From Acidobacteriota bacterium (GTDB lineage Bacteria; Acidobacteriota; Polarisedimenticolia; Polarisedimenticolales; Polarisedimenticolaceae): a stretch of DNA of 39,529 nt. The notes below the pieces were generated by a model that saw only the letters and a program-made list of their open reading frames with translations, ran no database searches and had not been told where the DNA came from. Below, piece after piece: positions 34,022-39,529 of the stretch. The translations under genes were made by a program, and so were the position numbers. Each line of letters begins with the position of its first letter. Position 1 is the first letter of the stretch. Where the stretch lies: assembly GCA_011773795.1 (NCBI GenBank), contig WVWW01000001.1, positions 15,646 to 55,174 on the forward strand. The letters are read 5' to 3'.

Positions 34022-35266
34022 ATGGTCAAGCTGCTGGTAGCGCTGCTGTTGGCGGTGCCGGCGGCAACGGTGGATGCGGAGGAGGTCGACCCCTGTGTCA
34101 GGTGCCACCGGCTGGTCTCCTCGGCGCTCGTGACGGATTGGGAGCTCAGCGCCCATGCAGACGTCGACGTGGGCTGCGTGGACTGCCACGGGCCGGACCA
34201 CCGCGGGTCAGGCGACACGGCGCTCGTCCGAACGATCACGGCAGCGACCTGTGCGGAGTGCCACGGGGAGCGGTTCGAGCAGTTCAGCCGGGGCAAGCAC
34301 GCCGCCGCCTGGGCGGCCTACAAGGCGATGCCGACCACGCACGCGCTGCCGAGGGCCTTGGGACCCGGGATGAAAGGTTGCGCGGGTTGCCACAAGATCG
34401 GGCTGAAGGGACTCGACGAGATCGAGGCGCTCAAGGACGAGGGCTCACTCTTCGGCCACGCCTCGTGCGACGCCTGCCACACGCGGCACACCTTCTCCGT
34501 GACCGAGGCGCGCCAGCCGCAGGCCTGCCAGACCTGTCACATGGGCTTCGACCACCCGCAGTGGGAGATGTGGTCGGCCTCGAAGCACGGCGTGCGCTAC
34601 CTGCTCAAGCAGAACGGCACGCTGCCCGAGTCGACCCCCGCGCCGACCTGCCAGGACTGCCACATGATCGACGGCGACCACGAAGTCCGCACGGGCTGGG
34701 GCTTCCTCGCTGTCCGTCTGCCGCTGCCCGAGGACGAGCAGTGGAAGGCCGACCAGGTCACGATCCTGCAGGCCCTCGGCGTGCTCGACCCCGAGGGCAA
34801 CCCGACGGCAAGACTCGACGTCGTGAAGGCCGCCGACGTCGCGCGGCTCACGCGGGAGGACTTCGACCGTGAGCGCAAGAAGATCGTGAGGGTGTGCAGC
34901 GACTGCCACTCCAAGCACTTCGCGATCGCCGAGCTGGCCAAGGGCGACGACATGATTCGCGAGGCGGACCACCTGCTGGCCGAGGCGATCCGTATCATCG
35001 CGGGCCTGTACGAGGATGGACTTCTGGCGCGCGAGGAGGGGTACGCCCACGCGTTCCCCGACCTGTTGACATTCCACGATGCTCCGACGCCGATCGAGCA
35101 ACGCCTCTTCGAGATGCATCTGAAGCACCGCATGCGGGCGTTCCAGGGAACGTTCCACGCCAATCCCGATTACGCGCTATGGCGCGGCTGGAGCGAGTTG
35201 GTACGCGGCCTCTCCGAGATCCGGGAGACGGCCGCGCAACTGAGAAGCGAAGCGCGCGCGAATTAG
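34022..35266 (+). CDS. Octahaem cytochrome c of the hydroxylamine oxidoreductase (HAO) family
   Basis: GGAGGAAAAA RBS and a signal peptide (MVKLLVALLLAVPAATVDA). Eight CxxCH motifs: CVRCH, CVDCH, CAECH, CAGCH, CDACH, CQTCH, CQDCH, CSDCH. The block CDACHTRHTFSVTEARQPQACQTCHMGFDHPQWEMWSASKHG closely parallels the HAO core as I recall it. The track ORF from 33773 is an extension that overlaps the tRNA. Confidence 0.85.
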   Translation: MVKLLVALLLAVPAATVDAEEVDPCVRCHRLVSSALVTDWELSAHADVDVGCVDCHGPDHRGSGDTALVRTITAATCAECHGERFEQFSRGKHAAAWAAYKAMPTTHALPRALGPGMKGCAGCHKIGLKGLDEIEALKDEGSLFGHASCDACHTRHTFSVTEARQPQACQTCHMGFDHPQWEMWSASKHGVRYLLKQNGTLPESTPAPTCQDCHMIDGDHEVRTGWGFLAVRLPLPEDEQWKADQVTILQALGVLDPEGNPTARLDVVKAADVARLTREDFDRERKKIVRVCSDCHSKHFAIAELAKGDDMIREADHLLAEAIRIIAGLYEDGLLAREEGYAHAFPDLLTFHDAPTPIEQRLFEMHLKHRMRAFQGTFHANPDYALWRGWSELVRGLSEIRETAAQLRSEARAN

Positions 35267-35482
35267 TCGGAGAACACCTCGTTCAAACCGGGATGCTCGT
35301 CCGGCCATGAGCGGACCCGTGACGCAGCTGCCCATCGACTGGCCCCAGGGGCGCGAGGAGGCCCGCAACGAGCTGCGGCGTCTCGCGGGCACGGAGAACC
35401 GAGTTTTTCGACCCCGACTTGCCCCCCGCGCTTCCAGGAACGACGTTTTCTCCGGCCCCCGTCGTGGGCCGAGGAAAGTGCC

Positions 35483-35806
35483 ATGACCTTCGATCAGGAA
35501 AACCCGACCCACCGTTTCTTGATGGCGCTCGCCATCGCCGGTCTCCTCACGTTCGCCGTGTGGGGCCTCTGGATGAGCATCGGCTTCATCCTCGGCGCGC
35601 TCGGTTGGCTGGCGAGTACCGTCGGCGGCTGGCTGACGTCGGCCTCGAACGGGATGACCAACATCCACGCCAACGTCGCTTACGTCGCCCTCGGTTGTGG
35701 CGCCGTCGTCGGCGCGATCATCGGCTTCAGCGTGCGCGTCGACAAGCTGTGGGAACGGTTGTCGAAGGGCAAGTCACAGGCCGAGGAGACCACGCCGGCG
35801 AGCTAG
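35483..35806 (+). CDS. Small membrane protein (3 TM), unknown function
   Basis: GAGGAAAG RBS. Hydrophobic helices (FLMALAIAGLLTFAVWGLWMSIGFILGALGWLA.., ..VAYVALGCGAVVGAIIGF..) and a charged C-terminal tail. Confidence 0.5.
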   Translation: MTFDQENPTHRFLMALAIAGLLTFAVWGLWMSIGFILGALGWLASTVGGWLTSASNGMTNIHANVAYVALGCGAVVGAIIGFSVRVDKLWERLSKGKSQAEETTPAS

Positions 35807-35880
35807 CCGGCCCGTTAATAAGGAACCGCGCAACCCGGCCCGGGGGGGCCAGGCATCGGGTCACACGGTTCCGGGGAGCA

Positions 35881-37248
35881 TCAACTCTTGCCCGATCTCA
35901 GCATCCGGCGCACCTGAAAGTGCGCCGCGAACTGAGACAGGGTCTCCTGAGAGCCGGGCCCGAACAGGTTGGTCGGCCCGTTGCTGTTGTTGACGAGCTC
36001 GCTCTCCAGCACGTACTCCAACGCCAGCCCGATGGTCCAGTTCTTCTTCGTGACGTCGAAGCCCGCCGTCACATGGTCCTCCGCAATCGCCGGGAACAGC
36101 GGTTTCAGGCTGGAGGCCGGCACCGGTGTGTCCCCGTGGTTGTAGCCCACGCGCACGACCCAATCCGGTGCGGGCGTGACGGCGGCGCCCAGCGCCAGGA
36201 CCCACTGGTCCTCCCAGTTCATCGGGAACGCGATTCGTCTCGAGGCAGGAGCCACCGGGACGTCGGGGTTGGAAAGCTCGATCGTGACCGTGTCGATCGC
36301 GTCCGCCCAGTTGATCCAGTCCACGTCCCCGGCGAGCACGAATCGCGGGCTCACCTCGTAGGCCATCCCCACCCCCACCTGTTGGGGCCATGCGAAGTTG
36401 GTCATGGTGGCGTCGTAATTCACCTTCCCAAGCCCCACGGAGGTCATGTTCAGCGTCAGCAAACCGTTCTCGAGGTCGAGATCCGTCTTGGTCGAGTAGG
36501 CTCCCGCGAGCGAAAACGGACCGCTCCTGTATTGGGCGCCGAATTTCAGGCCGAAGCCGCTGGCGGAGGTGTCCCGCATGTGGATGCCGAAGAACGCGTC
36601 ACCCACGGAATCCCCAACGACGCCGCTCTGGTCGAGATCGGCCATGACCGAGGTTTCCGGCAGCAGCTTCATGTCGGCCCGGACCTGACTCATGTTCAGA
36701 GTCACCCCGAGCGTGAGCTTCGGCCGGACGTGCCAGGCCACGGTCGGGGTGAGCTTGGCGTGCCCGATCCGGGTCTGGGTGTCGTCTGCCGCGGGGATCA
36801 CATCCCCCGCAAAGAAACCCGCGGGCAGCTGACCTGAACCGGCCATGACCGCGAAAGGTGTGGACAGATTACGATACTCGGCGCCCATGCCACCCTGGAC
36901 AAAGAGGCCGATCCCGAGCGTGACCCGCCGGAGCGGGTGTGTATAGCCGAGAAAGGGGACCGGGTAACGCTGCAACTGGTCCGCGCTGTTGTTCCCCATC
37001 GCATCGGTGTGCGTCAACGACGGGTTCATCGGGCTGAGTCCAAACTCGAACAGCGCCGTGTCGGTGCGGGCGATGCCCGCCGGGTTGATGTTCATCGAGC
37101 ACGGGTTGTCGGTCAAGGCCAGATCGGCCCCGCCCATCGCGACCGACTCGGCCCCGTAGCCGATCATGTTCATGCCGTTCGCAGCGAGTACCGGAAGTCC
37201 GACTACAAAAAGAATGCTCGCAGTGAGAAGCAGGTTGCGGATCTTCAT
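35881..37248 (-). CDS. Outer-membrane transport protein, OmpP1/FadL/TodX family
   Basis: The ATG at 37248 gives a signal peptide (MKIRNLLLTASILFVVGLPVLA). The FadL-type N-terminal hatch ..GYGAESVAMGGADLALTDNPCSMNINPAGIA.. and the beta-barrel pattern follow. The start overlaps the upstream stop (ATGA). Confidence 0.75.
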   Translation of the reverse strand: MKIRNLLLTASILFVVGLPVLAANGMNMIGYGAESVAMGGADLALTDNPCSMNINPAGIARTDTALFEFGLSPMNPSLTHTDAMGNNSADQLQRYPVPFLGYTHPLRRVTLGIGLFVQGGMGAEYRNLSTPFAVMAGSGQLPAGFFAGDVIPAADDTQTRIGHAKLTPTVAWHVRPKLTLGVTLNMSQVRADMKLLPETSVMADLDQSGVVGDSVGDAFFGIHMRDTSASGFGLKFGAQYRSGPFSLAGAYSTKTDLDLENGLLTLNMTSVGLGKVNYDATMTNFAWPQQVGVGMAYEVSPRFVLAGDVDWINWADAIDTVTIELSNPDVPVAPASRRIAFPMNWEDQWVLALGAAVTPAPDWVVRVGYNHGDTPVPASSLKPLFPAIAEDHVTAGFDVTKKNWTIGLALEYVLESELVNNSNGPTNLFGPGSQETLSQFAAHFQVRRMLRSGKS

Positions 37249-37742
37249 CCCAGATGTCCGAGGATGATCGCGCAGAGCACGGCAATCCATCCGCCCGATA
37301 TCGCGACATAGTGGAGCATCGCTCCCTTGGAGCTCATCAGGCCCTTGAAGATCGGAGGATCGTCCGCGTCCGGGTCGCAACACAGTCCATCCTCGCTCTT
37401 GGCGCCGAGAATCCGGGGTGCGAGGGCAAAGATGGCCACCGGGAGGGCGGCGAAGAAAATATGGGAGGCGAGCACGCCGACGACGGTGGCACTGGCGGGC
37501 TCAGAACTCGGCAGCTTCAGCAGAATCTGCGCGACGCCGCTCAGCACGAGCAACGACACGACGACGCGCATGATTCGCCTGACCCTGGGGATGAAGTGAA
37601 CGATGAACTTTCGCCTTTCAGCGTGTTCCAAGTGCGCCTTCAGCGTGGGCAGCAGCACAAACGTCCCGACGAACATCGTGCCGAGAAACAATGCGGCACT
37701 GAGAAGATGAAGCCAGTGGACCGCAACCGAGACAGCCGACAT
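37245..37742 (-). CDS. Integral membrane protein (4 TM), unknown function, translationally coupled to the FadL-like gene
   Basis: GAGGAGG RBS. MSAVSVAVHWLHLLSAALFLGTMFVGTFVLLP.. resembles CopD-like/DUF-type 4-helix membrane proteins. It has an acidic Cys-Cys loop (..DGLCCDPDADDPP..). Confidence 0.55.
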   Translation of the reverse strand: MSAVSVAVHWLHLLSAALFLGTMFVGTFVLLPTLKAHLEHAERRKFIVHFIPRVRRIMRVVVSLLVLSGVAQILLKLPSSEPASATVVGVLASHIFFAALPVAIFALAPRILGAKSEDGLCCDPDADDPPIFKGLMSSKGAMLHYVAISGGWIAVLCAIILGHLG

Positions 37743-37835
37743 GTCGCCTCCTCTAGTTTGTCACGGCCGGCCAAAACCCTCGGGCCGACCGATCTTTGAG
37801 TTGACATGAATGTTCGTGAATCGCTCGCACGAAAC

Positions 37836-37855
37836 AATGATCCGAATGGATCATT
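37836..37855. promoter_or_regulatory. Inverted repeat AATGATCC-gaat-GGATCATT between the PAS-LuxR gene and the membrane-protein/FadL operon
   Basis: Perfect 8-bp arms with a 4-nt spacer, 42 nt downstream of the regulator's stop and about 95 nt upstream of the 37742 start. Could be an operator or a weak terminator. Confidence 0.3.
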
Positions 37856-37896
37856 TTCGGGTCTCGGCGCGGTGGGTTCGCGTAGCCTGAGGGCGG

Positions 37897-38520
37897 TCAG
37901 CGGAACTGCGAGAGCCAGATCAGGACGGCTTCCAGCCGGCTGCCGACTTCGAGCTTGCTCAAGATCGAGCGAATGTGGTTCCGCACCGTCGCGACGCTGA
38001 TAAACAGGCCAGCGGCGATGTCGTTCGTCGATTCACCCGCCGCGAGGGCCCGCAGAATCTCCCTCTCGCGCCGGGTCAGGAGCTCCAGTCCACGCAGGCC
38101 AACGGATCCCGGAACGGGAAGTCGCGGAGTCGAAGGAGCGTCATCCTTTTTGACCGGCACAAACATGTGCAATACACCCCACGAACGGCTGGTCGCCTCG
38201 ACTTTCAATGTGAACACGTCGACTCTTTGGTTCCTACCGGAGGATGACGTTCGAACCCCGCGCTGCCGTACGCACGGCAGGTTGCCTGCAAGCCGCCGCC
38301 GCACATTGCAGTCACGCCGGCAAATCGGCACTCCGTCCGAGGTGTGCAGGCCGACGACTCCCCAGCAGCGCCTGCCCAGGACGTGTTGCGGATCACACTC
38401 GAGCAGACGGCCCGCCGCCGCGTTGATCATGCGCACACGACCTCTCGAATCCGTGAGCACGAACGGGTCGGGCGCACTCTCATACGCCTCGAGTGGAACA
38501 GCCATAAGCGCCACTGCCAT
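37897..38520 (-). CDS. PAS-like sensor + LuxR-type HTH regulator, paralog of 26337..26999
   Basis: ..PFVLTDSRGRVRMINAAAGRLLECDPQHVLGRRCWGV..ICRRDCNV.. followed by LTRREREILRALAAGESTNDIAAGLFISVATVRNHIRSILSKLEV. Same architecture and conserved Cys positions as the other regulator. Confidence 0.75.
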   Translation of the reverse strand: MAVALMAVPLEAYESAPDPFVLTDSRGRVRMINAAAGRLLECDPQHVLGRRCWGVVGLHTSDGVPICRRDCNVRRRLAGNLPCVRQRGVRTSSSGRNQRVDVFTLKVEATSRSWGVLHMFVPVKKDDAPSTPRLPVPGSVGLRGLELLTRREREILRALAAGESTNDIAAGLFISVATVRNHIRSILSKLEVGSRLEAVLIWLSQFR

Positions 38521-38682
38521 ACCTCGGACCTAGCGGAAAACCTTGACTAATCCTACGACCGCCCGAGGATGCCTACAAGCTCAGACCGCCGTCGTCCTCC
38601 CGCAATCGGCCGTTTGTTTCGGGAATCCCTTACGCGGTGCACGCGGAATCAGATAGGGAGATGGCTCAAGTATCAGGTCCCC

Positions 38683-38759
38683 TGGTGGGCGGTACTGGAC
38701 TCGAACCAGTGACCCCCTGCGTGTAAAGCAGGTGCTCTAACCAGCTGAGCTAACCGCCC
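38683..38759 (-). tRNA. tRNA-Val (anticodon UAC), CCA encoded
   Basis: The reverse complement reads GGGCGGUUAGCUCAGCUGGUUAGAGCACCUGCUUUACACGCAGGGGGUCACUGGUUCGAGUCCAGUACCGCCCACCA. It folds as a canonical cloverleaf with anticodon loop UUUACAC. Confidence 0.92.
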
Positions 38760-38943
38760 TCAGGTCGAAAACTCCGGCGCATTCTACGACACGGGCGGTT
38801 TCGTTGTCCGTGACGCGACCGCAGGACCGACCGCGAACGACGCTTCGCGGCAGCTCACCCGACGGTGAAGCGCGATTCGCGCCCATGGCCTCCGCCCGCC
38901 GCGAAACCGGCCGGACAAAGGAACATCCCCTCACGCAGGTCGC

Positions 38944-38959
38944 TGGCACGGCACATGCA
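38944..38959 (+). promoter_or_regulatory. Sigma54 (-24/-12) promoter-like element TGGCACG-N4-ATGCA
   Basis: TGGCACGGCACATGCA matches the TGGCACG-N4-TTGCA consensus at all but one position. The GC of the -12 box lies about 40 nt upstream of the ATG at 38996. Confidence 0.4.
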
Positions 38960-38995
38960 CTGACGAAGCGCCGAGCCAAGCCTGAGGAGAGGATC

Positions 38996-39529
38996 ATGAA
39001 GAAAGCACTATCCACCCTGCTACTCATTTCGGTCGCCACGCTGGGCTGCGCCGCGTTCCCGGCGAAGCGCACGCCGAAGCTCGACAAGCCGCGACGTGCG
39101 GCGGAACTGCGCGAGACGCCCGCGATCCGTCTCGTCGTCAACGACGAGACCCACCGGCAGCAGAAGAACGCGAAGGCGTTGGAACGCGTCCTGGAGAAGT
39201 TCCCCTACCTGGCGCCCGGAGACAAGAACACGCTCGATCCGGATTACACGATCGAGCTGAACGTCGACCACCACCTGACCGAAAACGGCATCAACGAGTT
39301 CGCTTACTACACGATCCTCGTCGTTCCCGCGATCTTCAAGGACGAGGTGACGGTACGGGCGAAGGTCACGCGCGCGGACGGAAGCCTGCTGGGGACGGTG
39401 AGCTCGACCGGCGGCTTGAAGACCGTCTCGCAAATGCACCTGTTTTGGGTGCTCCCGGTGGCCGCGCCGCTGTCGGCGCACTCGAACTCGAAGATGTGGC
39501 GCAGGTCCTTCCGCGATGCGCTCATCCAG
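38996..39529 (+). CDS. Lipoprotein, 3'-truncated by the window edge (absent from the ORF track because it has no stop)
   Basis: GAGGAGAGG RBS, then ATG at 38996. MKKALSTLLLISVATLG|CAAFPA has a signal peptide and lipobox. The frame stays open for 178 codons to the last base and has balanced composition, unlike the Arg-rich antisense ORFs 38737..39141 and 39020..39481. Confidence 0.65.
   Translation, partial: MKKALSTLLLISVATLGCAAFPAKRTPKLDKPRRAAELRETPAIRLVVNDETHRQQKNAKALERVLEKFPYLAPGDKNTLDPDYTIELNVDHHLTENGINEFAYYTILVVPAIFKDEVTVRAKVTRADGSLLGTVSSTGGLKTVSQMHLFWVLPVAAPLSAHSNSKMWRRSFRDALIQ

Noticed and set aside
35842-35848. G7 homopolymer in the convergent intergenic region between the 107-aa membrane gene and the FadL-like gene
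   Set aside because: It lies between two gene ends, where length variation would have no obvious consequence. It probably belongs to a loose GC hairpin (GGAACCG...CGGTTCC).
35419-36837. 472-aa plus-strand ORF antisense to the FadL-like gene
   Set aside because: It has Arg/His/Gly-rich shadow composition. The minus strand gives a signal peptide and a FadL hatch motif.
33774-38759. Possible genomic island bracketed by tRNA-Asp and tRNA-Val
   Set aside because: I saw no integrase, no direct repeat of a tRNA 3' end and no obvious compositional break. The content (HAO, FadL, regulator) fits the surrounding redox theme.
38737-39481. Two minus-strand ORFs (134 aa and 153 aa) at the 3' end of the window
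   Set aside because: Both are Arg-rich. One overlaps the tRNA-Val. The plus-strand frame with RBS, lipobox and balanced composition explains the region better.

Overview
This is a GC-rich chromosomal segment from a diderm bacterium (lipoboxes, outer-membrane barrels, TonB system). It is densely coded, and many genes have overlapping stop/start codons. No mobile elements, CRISPR arrays or rRNA were seen. In order, the window contains the following. (1) A TonB-ExbB-ExbD-ExbD module with an outer-membrane barrel, a small lipoprotein and a LolA-like/M48-like secreted protein (1-5562). (2) A radical-SAM-like enzyme with an atypical cysteine spacing (5939-7231). (3) An 11-gene minus-strand block that fuses the O2-sensing fixLJ pair to an atypically organised cbb3 oxidase and its maturation genes (7225-16944). 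(4) A YtfE/RIC Fe-S repair gene whose C-terminus looks frameshifted by a 5-bp tandem duplication. (5) A three-gene cluster: a cytochrome b-like/multihaem c fusion, an FG-GAP/UnbV/TPR protein and an alginate-export-like porin (17990-23936). I rate this cluster the best candidate for an uncharacterised envelope redox system. (6) A GCS2-CBS fusion, then a long leader carrying a canonical intrinsic terminator ahead of a Cys-containing PAS-LuxR regulator. (7) A mixed seven-gene operon: usp, AhpD-like, CBS, cytochrome c, nadA, tryptophanase-family lyase and ZIP transporter. (8) An aldo-keto reductase fused to RidA. (9) tRNA-Asp, an orphan octahaem hydroxylamine-oxidoreductase-family cytochrome, a FadL-like outer-membrane protein coupled to a small membrane protein, a second PAS-LuxR paralog and tRNA-Val. 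(10) A lipoprotein gene that runs off the 3' edge, preceded by a sigma54-like promoter. The overall theme is microaerobic and nitrosative-stress respiration. All functional calls come from reading motifs by eye; no database searches were run.
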